From: Aulosira sp. ZfuVER01
GTDB taxonomy: Bacteria; Cyanobacteriota; Cyanobacteriia; Cyanobacteriales; Nostocaceae
Direction: 5' to 3'
DNA: 64,000 nucleotides
Assembly (NCBI GenBank): GCA_034530615.2
Contig: JAVRCV020000032.1
Coordinates: forward strand, 96,001 to 160,000
The stretch's first letter is position 1, and each line of letters opens with the position of its first letter. The translations under genes were made by a program, and so were the position numbers. The notes under the pieces were generated by a model, which saw nothing but the letters and a program-made list of their open reading frames with translations, did no database searches and was not told the origin of the DNA. Of this stretch, positions 1-9,155 are shown in pieces.

Positions 1-105
1 AGTGCGTTTAATTACTAAGAAATACCCAAAAACCTTACCTTGTAATTACCTATATTTTGTAACAGTAGGGTATTTTATGGTGTAGCTTAACGGAAAAATT
101 GCTGC

Positions 106-142
106 CAAGATCCCCGACTTCGTTAATAAGTCGGGGATCTTG
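106..142. repeat. Perfect 15-bp inverted repeat (REP-like palindrome / possible terminator)
   Basis: CAAGATCCCCGACTT (106-120), 7-nt loop, AAGTCGGGGATCTTG (128-142); a degenerate relative lies at about 2560-2591. Confidence 0.75.
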
Positions 143-581
143 ATTCAAATATGATTCCCGTATAGATGGGAAAAACTAATCAAATTATTAGTATTTTTTA
201 CCAAAGTATAGATTGCAAAAGAATTCATCAGTAAAGTTGATTTGATATTGTGCTTTATTGTCAAGTAAATTTGACACTTTTTTAAAGTAATAAAGGCGAG
301 TAATTTTACGGTGAAGTCAGTTATAAAAGCTATGAATTTTACCAAGATTTTAAACATTTTTTATTACAATTTGTTACATTGATAGAGGTAAGCCAAACCA
401 AATTCTCTTTGGAAAAGTATTGGCTTATTCATCAATGCAAAAATCAGTAGTAAAACATACCAAATGTCCCAATTTCACCATAAGAGTACAACTTATTTCA
501 AGTAAAGTACTGTAAGCAACATTACCGTGGGAAAATCAGAGAATATTCAGAAGTAGAGATTAGAGAGGAAAACCCTATAAT

Positions 582-2489
582 ATGCATCTGAGCGAAATCA
601 CCCATCCCAATCAGTTGCACGGTTTATCGATTCGGCAGCTGCAACAAATTGCCCGTCAAATCCGGGATAAGCACCTACAAACGGTAGCGGCAACTGGGGG
701 ACACCTGGGACCAGGTTTGGGTGTTGTAGAGTTAACTTTAGGGCTTTACCAGACACTGGACTTAGATCGGGATAAAGTTATTTGGGATGTAGGACACCAA
801 GCTTATCCCCATAAACTAATTACAGGTCGCTACAGCAACTTCCACACCCTCAGGCAAAAAGACGGAATTGCTGGTTATCTCAAGCGCTGTGAAAGCAAAT
901 TCGATCACTTTGGTGCCGGACACGCTTCCACCAGTATTTCCGCAGCTTTGGGTATGGCTTTAGCCCGCGATTTAAAAGGGGAAAAATTTAAATCCGTTGC
1001 TGTAATTGGTGATGGTGCTTTAACTGGAGGGATGGCTTTAGAAGCTATCAACCATGCAGGACACTTGCCCAAAACTAACCTACTGGTTGTTCTCAACGAC
1101 AACGAGATGTCCATCTCTCCGAATGTAGGCGCAATTCCCCGCTATCTCAACAAAATGCGCCTCAGTCCACCTGTGCAGTTTTTCAAAGATAATTTGGAGG
1201 AACAATTCAAGCACATTCCTTTTGTAGGTGAATCCCTGTCTCCCGAACTCGGACGCATCAAAGAAGGGATGAAGCGTTTAGCGGTTCCCAAAGTTGGTGC
1301 AGTTTTTGAAGAATTGGGCTTTACCTACATAGGTCCAGTAGATGGGCATAATTTAGAAGAATTAATTGCTACTTTCCAACAAGCACATCAAATACCAGGG
1401 CCAGTTTTGGTACACGTAGCAACAGTCAAAGGTAAAGGCTATGAAATTGCCGAACAAGACCAAGTAGGCTACCATGCCCAAAATCCTTTCAATATCTCAA
1501 CTGGCAAAGCTATTCCTTCTAGCAAGCCCAAACCCCCAGCTTATGCCAAAGTCTTTGCCCACACTTTAATCAAACTCGCTGAACAAAACCCTAAAATTGT
1601 TGGGATTACGGCGGCGATGGCAACAGGAACAGGCTTAGATAAACTGCAAGCAAAACTACCCAATCAATATATTGATGTAGGCATTGCCGAACAACACGCT
1701 GTCACCCTAGCAGCTGGACTTGCTAGCGAAGGTATGCGCCCCGTCGCTGCTATCTACTCTACCTTCCTACAACGTGCTTACGACCAAATCGTTCACGATG
1801 TCTGCATTCAAAACCTACCAGTGTTCTTCTGCTTAGATAGGGCGGGAATTGTGGGTGCTGATGGCCCTACCCATCAAGGTATGTATGACATCGCCTATCT
1901 GCGTTGTATTCCGAATATGGTGTTGATGGCACCTAAAGATGAAGCCGAACTACAACGCATGATCGTTACCGGTGTTAACTATACCAAAGGAGCGATCGCT
2001 ATGCGTTTCCCTCGTGGTAATGGTCATGGTGTACCGCTGATGGAAGAAGGCTGGGAACCTTTAGAAATCGGCAAAGGTGAAATTCTTCGCACTGGCGATG
2101 ATGTGTTAATCCTCGGCTATGGCACGATGGTTTACCCAAGTATGCAAGCTGCGGAAATTCTCAGCGAACACGGTATTGAAGCCACTGTCATCAATGCCCG
2201 ATTCGCCAAACCTTTAGATACCGAATTGATTTTACCTTTAGCTAAGAAAATTGGGCGCGTTGTCACTTTAGAAGAAGGCTGTGTCATGGGTGGCTTTGGT
2301 TCTGCTGTAGCCGAAGCCCTACTCGATGCCGATGTTGTCGTCCCTGTGAAGCGCATTGGTGTACCAGATATCTTAGTCGATCATGCGACACCAGATGAAT
2401 CTAAGGCAGCATTAGGTTTAACTAGTCGTCAAATCGCAGAAAGAGTTTTGTCAGCTTTCTTTCAGAAGCAGCTATCTGCTGTTAGCTAA
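582..2489 (+). CDS. dxs: 1-deoxy-D-xylulose-5-phosphate synthase
   Basis: [23 protein letters not shown]-binding GDGALTGG...[12 protein letters not shown] and DRAG..GADGPTH motifs; GAGGA RBS upstream. Confidence 0.97.
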   Translation: MHLSEITHPNQLHGLSIRQLQQIARQIRDKHLQTVAATGGHLGPGLGVVELTLGLYQTLDLDRDKVIWDVGHQAYPHKLITGRYSNFHTLRQKDGIAGYLKRCESKFDHFGAGHASTSISAALGMALARDLKGEKFKSVAVIGDGALTGGMALEAINHAGHLPKTNLLVVLNDNEMSISPNVGAIPRYLNKMRLSPPVQFFKDNLEEQFKHIPFVGESLSPELGRIKEGMKRLAVPKVGAVFEELGFTYIGPVDGHNLEELIATFQQAHQIPGPVLVHVATVKGKGYEIAEQDQVGYHAQNPFNISTGKAIPSSKPKPPAYAKVFAHTLIKLAEQNPKIVGITAAMATGTGLDKLQAKLPNQYIDVGIAEQHAVTLAAGLASEGMRPVAAIYSTFLQRAYDQIVHDVCIQNLPVFFCLDRAGIVGADGPTHQGMYDIAYLRCIPNMVLMAPKDEAELQRMIVTGVNYTKGAIAMRFPRGNGHGVPLMEEGWEPLEIGKGEILRTGDDVLILGYGTMVYPSMQAAEILSEHGIEATVINARFAKPLDTELILPLAKKIGRVVTLEEGCVMGGFGSAVAEALLDADVVVPVKRIGVPDILVDHATPDESKAALGLTSRQIAERVLSAFFQKQLSAVS

Positions 2490-2514
2490 CTACTTATTAA
2501 AGGATAATTAATCG

Positions 2515-2554
2515 AAAATACACCCAACAGTTTAACTGTTGGGTGTATTTTTTT
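2515..2554. terminator. Probable bidirectional intrinsic terminator between convergent dxs and aminotransferase genes
   Basis: AAAATACACCCAACAGTT / AACTGTTGGGTGTATTTT stem with T-tract on + and A-tract on the other side. Confidence 0.8.
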
Positions 2555-2610
2555 CATAAAAACCCCGACTTTTTCAAACAATCGGGGTTCTGGATCTGGT
2601 TTAGGAAAAA

Positions 2611-3792
2611 TCAGTAATGAATGCCAGCTTGTTTAAACCTGTGCAAAACTTCACCCAAGCGATCGCAATCTGCAATTAAACTGATCCTGACATAGCCTTC
2701 ACCTGCAACCCCAAAGGCATTACCGGGAGTCACCACAACACCAGTTTGTTGCAAGACATCTAGAGCAAAATCTGTAGAACCAATGCCCACAGGACATTTT
2801 ACCCAGAGATACATTGTGGCTTTGGTTTTGGGAATATCCCAACCCAACTTTCCTAATCCTTCAATCAAGAAATCGCGGCGGGTGCGGTAGCGTTGTTGGA
2901 CTTCATGCAAATAGACATCTGGCAGTTGCAATGCGGTTTCGGCTGCGGTTTGCAAGGCGGCAAAAATGCCATAATCCAAGTTGGTTTTTAAGGTACGCAA
3001 ACCTTGAATTACATGGCGGTTCCCCACCACAAACCCAACGCGCCAACCAGCCATGTTGTAGGTTTTCGATAAGGTGTGAAACTCTACACCAATTTCTTTG
3101 GCACCGGGAATTTCTAATAAGCTAGTTGGTTGATAACCATCAAAAGCTAATTCGGCATAACACAAGTCATGCACTAACAGAATTTCGTATTTGCGGGCAA
3201 AGGCGACGATTTCTTCAAAGAATTCGCGGGGTGCAGTGGCGGCTGTTGGGTTGCTGGGATAGTTGAAATAGAGAATTTTCGCTTTTTCAGCAACCTCATC
3301 GGGAATCGCGGCTAAATCAATTAACCAATCATTCTCTGGCTTCAGAATCAAGCTATAAACTTGCCCCCCAGCGATTACCGGGCCGCGAAAATGGACGGGA
3401 TAGGAAGGAGAGGGTACAAGAACTATATCACCGGGGTTGATGTAGGCGATCGCTAAATGGGCTAATCCTTCTTTAGAACCCATTAGCGGTAAGGCTTCGC
3501 TATCGGGATCGAGGGTGACACCATAGCGGCGATTGTACCAATTAGTTATGGCACGGCGGAAACTAGCAGTCCCTTCAAAGGGTGGATAACCATGATTTGC
3601 CGAATTTTGTAAGGCGTGCATTGCTGCTTCTACCACAGGCTGTGGCGTCGCACCATCAGGGTTTCCCATCCCCAAATCAATCAAATCCAGCCCTTGTTCT
3701 CTTGCCTTGGCCTTTAGTTCATCGAGACGGGCAAATACATAAGGTGGTAGCTTCTGTATACGTTCTGCTGGGACAATCCAATCCAAACTCAT
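2611..3792 (-). CDS. Class I/II PLP-dependent aminotransferase (aspartate / LL-diaminopimelate aminotransferase-like)
   Basis: DLGMGNPD, NYPSNPT, HDLCY and SKTYNMAGWRVG (PLP lysine) motifs; start overlaps the stop of the upstream gene. Confidence 0.9.
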   Translation of the reverse strand: MSLDWIVPAERIQKLPPYVFARLDELKAKAREQGLDLIDLGMGNPDGATPQPVVEAAMHALQNSANHGYPPFEGTASFRRAITNWYNRRYGVTLDPDSEALPLMGSKEGLAHLAIAYINPGDIVLVPSPSYPVHFRGPVIAGGQVYSLILKPENDWLIDLAAIPDEVAEKAKILYFNYPSNPTAATAPREFFEEIVAFARKYEILLVHDLCYAELAFDGYQPTSLLEIPGAKEIGVEFHTLSKTYNMAGWRVGFVVGNRHVIQGLRTLKTNLDYGIFAALQTAAETALQLPDVYLHEVQQRYRTRRDFLIEGLGKLGWDIPKTKATMYLWVKCPVGIGSTDFALDVLQQTGVVVTPGNAFGVAGEGYVRISLIADCDRLGEVLHRFKQAGIHY

Positions 3793-4979
3793 TCCTCAAC
3801 CTCGTCACTTATTCCCATGACTGAGACGCGATTTACCGTGTCTCGATTATCTACTGGTGCAGTGGTAGAAACCATCGCTGCCATTAACTGTTCCAGCGCC
3901 ACTTTAAACGGTAGTCGATGGATATCTGAAGTTGGAATTAGTGCTACTTCCGCTGCTGTTTGCAGTTCAGCTAAGGTAATTTTGCCTAATCCCAAATCGC
4001 TCAACTTTTGAGGCAATCCAATCTCTGCATAAAACTTCAACAATTGTTGCCGTGCTGCGGCTGCTAGTTGATTGCCCTGTACCATCTCTTCTAAACGCAG
4101 TTGCACTAAAATTCCATAGGCAACTTTCTCACCGTGAATACTGCTATGTCCGGCAATATGAGTTAAACCATTATGCACAGCATGAGCGGCAACGGTACGA
4201 CACTGTGCCCCTCCAATACCGCCAACTACTCCAGCCATTAAAACTGTGGCGTCTACAACTTCTCGCCAAATTTCACTACCTGGTTCTTGTAAGGCGGTGG
4301 CTGATTTTTGCAATAAAATATCGCGTAAAACTCGTGCTTGTTGGACAGCAGCAATAGTTAAAGTTTGTTGTGAGTGTCCGCTACTTACTGAAGCTTCGTA
4401 CCATTTTGCGATCGCATCGCCAATTCCTGCTACTAATGTATGCTGTGGCGCAGTTTGAATCAATTCGTAATCGAGTATGAGTAAATCGGGACAGCGAGAT
4501 AATGCCACATCATAAAGAAACGCCCCTGCTTCAGAATATACATTCGAGAGGGCAGACCAAGCCGCACAGGTAGCTGCTGAGGTGGGAATTGTCACCACTG
4601 GTAATTGCAACTGATGGGCGACTAACTTCGCTGTATCTAAGGCTTTACCACCACCTACACCGATAATTAAATCAGCTTTATGCTCTTTTGCTGCCTTGCG
4701 CAAAGATTTCAAGCTGGCTTCACAGCAATCTGCACCGTAGGAAGCTTGGGCAATATGTAACTGTTGTTGTGCTAAAAATGGTTGCAAACTCTCTTGAGTA
4801 ATAGCAAGAGTGCGATCGCCTGCCACAATTAAGGGACGACTTCCCAAACTGGCAATCTCTGCTGATGCCGATTCTAAGATGCTGCAACCACGAAGTACTT
4901 TTGCTGGCGCGATCGTCAGCGTCAAGAATGAATTAGATGTTTGAGTAGACAAGGTTTGAGTGGAAGATTGATTGGGCAT
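3789..4979 (-). CDS. Iron-containing alcohol dehydrogenase family, glycerol dehydrogenase-like
   Basis: GVGGGKALDTAK, TIPTSAATCA, AGIGDA, HAVHNGLT and HGEKVAYG motifs; ATG at 4979 preferred over the TTG at 5021. Confidence 0.88.
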   Translation of the reverse strand: MPNQSSTQTLSTQTSNSFLTLTIAPAKVLRGCSILESASAEIASLGSRPLIVAGDRTLAITQESLQPFLAQQQLHIAQASYGADCCEASLKSLRKAAKEHKADLIIGVGGGKALDTAKLVAHQLQLPVVTIPTSAATCAAWSALSNVYSEAGAFLYDVALSRCPDLLILDYELIQTAPQHTLVAGIGDAIAKWYEASVSSGHSQQTLTIAAVQQARVLRDILLQKSATALQEPGSEIWREVVDATVLMAGVVGGIGGAQCRTVAAHAVHNGLTHIAGHSSIHGEKVAYGILVQLRLEEMVQGNQLAAAARQQLLKFYAEIGLPQKLSDLGLGKITLAELQTAAEVALIPTSDIHRLPFKVALEQLMAAMVSTTAPVDNRDTVNRVSVMGISDEVEE

Positions 4980-5054
4980 ATTAATAACTAGTTTGCCAAA
5001 ACCTTGATATTTCTTAATCAAATTAAAAATGCAAATAGGGATTATGCCGAATAG

Positions 5055-5306
5055 TTATAAGTTAAGCTGATTGCCACTATGAGGAATCAATATGACTCTA
5101 TCAAGCCTTTTACAAACTGATTGAGCAGTTTGACAGTATGGCTCAACTCTAGAGTGCCAACTAGCCTGAAATTCCGAACTATTAAAGTTTTGAATAATCG
5201 TATAACTAATTAACAATACCACTCCCAGAGAAGGAAGGAAAAGGCTTTGGTCATTTGGGTTTGGGGCTGAGGAAGAACCAATGATTTTTCCTGCCACCAT
5301 TACCAA
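5055..5306 (-). CDS. Hypothetical small protein with one hydrophobic segment
   Basis: 83-aa ATG ORF co-oriented with downstream genes, hydrophobic LFLPSLGVVLLISYTII; no family recognised. Confidence 0.4.
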   Translation of the reverse strand: MVMVAGKIIGSSSAPNPNDQSLFLPSLGVVLLISYTIIQNFNSSEFQASWHSRVEPYCQTAQSVCKRLDRVILIPHSGNQLNL

Positions 5307-5606
5307 TTACTTACTAAAGTAATATCTTAATCTAAAAAAAATAATTATTGTATACTGAAATACAAAAAAGATAATGTTTTCCTGATAACAGGCAAGTTAG
5401 ATTATGCTTACAGGAATATACTTACTAAATACGGCAGTATCAATTGTGCAAAAACCTTGCCGCATATAACAAATATTAATTCAATAGCGTTGGAATATAC
5501 TCTTGATGACTGATGCAAACAACACAATTTGTGTAATAACGAAACCCAACATTTTAAGGTTTGTTGAGTTTCGCCTGTCTGCTACATTTGGACTGCTCTC
5601 TCGCTA

Positions 5607-6341
5607 TCAGGGCTTGCGTGCTGCGAACATCAAAAACAGCGGAATACGCTTTCGCCGTTCGTAGATTTGCAGATCTTGAAAGTGTTCGCGTTGCGGACGC
5701 GCTTCACGCAAATCCTCAACAATCAATCCAGCTTCATTCAGGAGATGGAAATAGTCTTCAACTGTGCGGTGATATTTTTGCACCGTGCCGCCGAGCCAAT
5801 GGGTGACTCGCACTCCAGTCTTAAAATAGTTATCGACAACCCAATCTTGGCGGCGCGTCCCAGAAGTCCAGCCTTGGTCACAGGAAGTAATCGTGGGATG
5901 TTCGACCGAAAACACGAACCTTCCCTCAGGTGCGAGTGCATGGAATATCTGGGTGCAAATTGGTGCTAGATCTGCGACATAATGCAGGGAAAGTCTTGCA
6001 ATCACCAGATCAAATGCTGCGTGTGGATACGTCCAGTTCTCAATCGTCTGCTCAACGATCTGACCTGCCGTGTCAGCAAGTGTCTTGGTTGCAACAGTAG
6101 CCATCTTGTGCGAGCCTTCGATACCAGTGTAGCTCGCAGCACCCTGATGAAGGAGTTCTCGCCCAATTGCTGCATCGCCACACCCCAGATCGAGGATACG
6201 TTTGCCAGTAATGCATCGAATAAGATCCATAATCACTGGCTTTTCTAGCGTATCGTTCGCCGTATCTGCACGTTGACGATGGCGCATATAGGTTGCAAAA
6301 ACCGCCTCATCGTCATAAAAGTTTGGGCCTGTCTGCTCCAT
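5607..6341 (-). CDS. Class I SAM-dependent methyltransferase
   Basis: ILDLGCGDA motif I, FDLVIARLSLHY, VFSVEHP; GGAGG RBS before ATG 6341; visibly more GC-rich than the flanks. Confidence 0.88.
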   Translation of the reverse strand: MEQTGPNFYDDEAVFATYMRHRQRADTANDTLEKPVIMDLIRCITGKRILDLGCGDAAIGRELLHQGAASYTGIEGSHKMATVATKTLADTAGQIVEQTIENWTYPHAAFDLVIARLSLHYVADLAPICTQIFHALAPEGRFVFSVEHPTITSCDQGWTSGTRRQDWVVDNYFKTGVRVTHWLGGTVQKYHRTVEDYFHLLNEAGLIVEDLREARPQREHFQDLQIYERRKRIPLFLMFAARKP

Positions 6342-6410
6342 CGGTGCTATGCCTCCGCAGTAGGCTGATGACATCATCGGCATATTAGCAGATCAACAAT
6401 GAGTACAGAT

Positions 6411-6508
6411 TATACCAATTCAAATAATATTTGCGATACATAAATGATTCGTAAGCGTACAATATTGTTCCCTATCCATCTGTCGCACTCTTGTTTTTAA
6501 TTGGTATT
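6411..6508. mobile_element. Short non-coding MITE-like repeat with ATACCAATT terminal inverted repeats
   Basis: ATACCAATT (6412-6420) ... AATTGGTAT (6499-6507) with inner TGCGA/TCGCA symmetry; related ends at 63257-63352. Confidence 0.6.
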
Positions 6509-6803
6509 AGTACGGGGAGCCATCCAACTATTTAATATTCGATTTGGATTATTTAGTAAAAATGTACTATTTGTTCGTCCCATTAATTTTGATAGTACAG
6601 TATAATCCCCTAATTAAATAATTTCTTGGTGCATTTATAAGGGATAAAACCCATAATTATATTTAGCTCACACTTTAGTGTGATTACTAATTATGTAACG
6701 ATGACTATTATTTACAGCTACAGTATAATGTCCAAGTTAGAATATGATTGTTTATCAGTTTTTAGACTAATTTTTTGACGATAAGCAACTCTAAATTTAG
6801 CGC

Positions 6804-7004
6804 GTGAATTATCCAGTAAATCTACAGATATATGCCCCATCGATTACTTCCCTTGAAGAACGTGACTGGAAGGTAATGACTGAACTGTTTGATCGGGATG
6901 ATAGTGATGAAATTGAAGCCGATATCAACAGCAGTCTAATGTTGATGATACCTGAGCCATGTTGGGGAGACGATCCTTTTGAATTTTTGCGCGAATATCT
7001 TTAA
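6804..7004 (+). CDS. Hypothetical small acidic protein
   Basis: 66-aa GTG ORF filling the gap and convergent on the ABC ATPase; acidic, C-terminal WGDDPFEFLREYL. Confidence 0.55.
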   Translation: MNYPVNLQIYAPSITSLEERDWKVMTELFDRDDSDEIEADINSSLMLMIPEPCWGDDPFEFLREYL

Positions 7005-7033
7005 AAATTGAAGATGCAAAGCTTGGGCAATGT

Positions 7034-7795
7034 TTAAACAGCGTTGAGGCGGCTGAGGAAAGTACGCAGGCGATCGCTTTGGGGATGTGTCAGAACTTCA
7101 TGTGCAGAACCTTGTTCTACCACAAGACCCTGGTCTAGGAATATGACTCGGTGTGCGACTTCCCGTGCAAATTGCATTTCATGGGTAACTACTACCATTG
7201 TCATCCCCTCTGCCGCCAATTGCTGCATAACTTGTAGAACTTCGCCAACCAGTTCTGGATCTAAAGCGCTGGTGGGTTCATCAAATAGCATAATCTGAGG
7301 ATTCATGCATAAACTGCGGGCGATGGCTACCCGTTGTTTTTGTCCCCCAGAAAGTTGTTCTGGATAAGCAGAAGCTTTGTCAAAAAGACCAACTTTTTCT
7401 AGATACAATCCTGCCAATTGGGCACTTTCTTTAGGTGTTTTTCCCAATACTTTACGCGGAGCCAACGTCAGATTTTCTAGCACACTGAGATGGGAAAACA
7501 AATTGAATTGCTGAAAAACCATCCCTACTTGTGTTCTGAGTTGTCGTAACTGACTATAGTTGATATCAGGCTGGGATAAGTCAATTCCATTGACTACTAA
7601 ATGCCCATAATTAATGCTTTCCAAACGATTAAAGCATCGGAGGAGAGTGCTTTTACCACAACCAGAAGAACCAATCACTGCAACCACTTCTCCCCGATTG
7701 ATTTCACCAGTGATTCCTTTAAGAACTTTCAGAGAGCCAAAGCTTTTTTCGATATTTTCAAAAATAATCGCAGGAATAGAATTGTTCATTGCCAT
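7034..7795 (-). CDS. Polar amino-acid ABC transporter ATP-binding subunit (GlnQ family, BgtA-like)
   Basis: Walker [23 protein letters not shown] signature, [17 protein letters not shown]. Confidence 0.93.
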   Translation of the reverse strand: MAMNNSIPAIIFENIEKSFGSLKVLKGITGEINRGEVVAVIGSSGCGKSTLLRCFNRLESINYGHLVVNGIDLSQPDINYSQLRQLRTQVGMVFQQFNLFSHLSVLENLTLAPRKVLGKTPKESAQLAGLYLEKVGLFDKASAYPEQLSGGQKQRVAIARSLCMNPQIMLFDEPTSALDPELVGEVLQVMQQLAAEGMTMVVVTHEMQFAREVAHRVIFLDQGLVVEQGSAHEVLTHPQSDRLRTFLSRLNAV

Positions 7796-7799
7796 ACCA

Positions 7800-7860
7800 T
7801 TTTGGATTTTAGATTTTGGATTGGAAAGACAAATGACTAATGACCAATGACAAAGGACAA
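7800..7860. repeat. STRR-type heptamer tandem repeats
   Basis: TTTTGGA/TTTTAGA x3, then GACAAAT-like x4-5; similar runs at about 20939-20962, 31716-31742 and 37412-37493. Confidence 0.75.
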
Positions 7861-7897
7861 CCCTGATAACTTCAACTCAAATAATTTGCCTGCGGAA

Positions 7898-8923
7898 TTA
7901 TGAAACTTTGCCACTACCGATGAGATACAGCAACGCCATGCGTACAGCTACACCACTGGTAACTTGTGCTTGAATCAGGCTAAATTCTGGGTCATCCATT
8001 AAATCGGAGCTAATTTCTACACCACGATTGACTGGGCCTGGATGCAAAACTTTGACATTAGGCTTGCAAAGTTGCAGTTTAGCGCGTGTAATACCAAATA
8101 ATTGATGATATTCTCGCAAACTGGGCAGTAAATGTGCAGTCATGCGTTCTTTTTGCAAGCGCAAAGTCATGACAAAATCAGCATCGCGCAAAGCCGGTTC
8201 AAGTTGCCAATGTAAAAACAACTGGCGCTGATTAGAAGTAGTGATTTCTGTTTCCTGTGCTGTTTCTTCAGCGAAATACTCAGCAAATAACTTTGGTAAA
8301 AGCGTCGGTGGCGCGGCTAAATGTACTTCTGCACCACTAGCAGTCAAACTCCAAATATTCGATCGCGCTACGCGAGAATGGAGAATATCCCCGACAATGG
8401 CAATCTTTTTACCTTTTAAAAGTTCGATGCGGGGATTAGCTGGATCAATGAGACTACAGATGGTAAATAAGTCTAGCAGTCCTTGAGAAGGATGCTCATG
8501 TTGACCATCGCCAGCATTTAACACACTCACCTTCACACCTAGACGATCCATTTCTTGAGCGATCGCATTTGGTACTCCTGCTTCTCGATGGCGAATCACC
8601 ATGATATCCGTTCCCATAGCCAAATAGGTTTTTGCCGTATCGAGAATTGTTTCTCCCTTAGTCATCGAAGAAGTAGCTGCGGCAAAGTTCAGTGTATCTG
8701 CACTGAGGCGTTTAGCTGCGATTTCAAAACTACTGCGAGTGCGGGTAGAAGGTTCAAAGAATAAATTCGCCACCACCTGTCCCTGCAAAGTCGGTACTTT
8801 CTTCGTCCGTCGTGATAGCACCTCTTGGAAACTAGCAGCAGTCTGCAAAACTGCATCGTATTCAACGTTAGAGAAGTCAGTAAGGGAAAGAATGTGATGT
8901 CGATTCCAGGTGGTACTAGGCAT
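7898..8923 (-). CDS. pyrB: Aspartate carbamoyltransferase catalytic subunit
   Basis: [30 protein letters not shown] and HPGPVNRG motifs. Confidence 0.97.
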   Translation of the reverse strand: MPSTTWNRHHILSLTDFSNVEYDAVLQTAASFQEVLSRRTKKVPTLQGQVVANLFFEPSTRTRSSFEIAAKRLSADTLNFAAATSSMTKGETILDTAKTYLAMGTDIMVIRHREAGVPNAIAQEMDRLGVKVSVLNAGDGQHEHPSQGLLDLFTICSLIDPANPRIELLKGKKIAIVGDILHSRVARSNIWSLTASGAEVHLAAPPTLLPKLFAEYFAEETAQETEITTSNQRQLFLHWQLEPALRDADFVMTLRLQKERMTAHLLPSLREYHQLFGITRAKLQLCKPNVKVLHPGPVNRGVEISSDLMDDPEFSLIQAQVTSGVAVRMALLYLIGSGKVS

Positions 8924-9155
8924 AAATATTGATCGGTTTTTGATGTAGAGACATGATTGAGTGATTCTCTACAGCTTTTAATTTACATACGCAGAGGCAA
9001 TAATACCACCTGTGTTCTATTTAGATAGCTATTTACGCCAACAAGGAAGAATCAAAATATTAGCTTAACATTCAAGCCCGTCGAGAGGTTTTTAATGATT
9101 GCTACCATTTATTTTTACTCTCAGTTAAATTGAGAATTTGCATTTTGAATTGTTT

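Noticed and set aside
145..357. 70-aa minus-strand ORF with a short internal VKxxAFIT duplication
   Set aside because: Very AT-rich, no recognisable family or RBS; it lies in the dxs upstream region and cannot be supported as a gene
5573..6337. 11-bp direct repeat GCCTGTCTGCT at 5573 and 6327 as a possible target-site duplication
   Set aside because: The second copy lies inside the methyltransferase CDS, so the pair does not bracket the whole GC-rich segment
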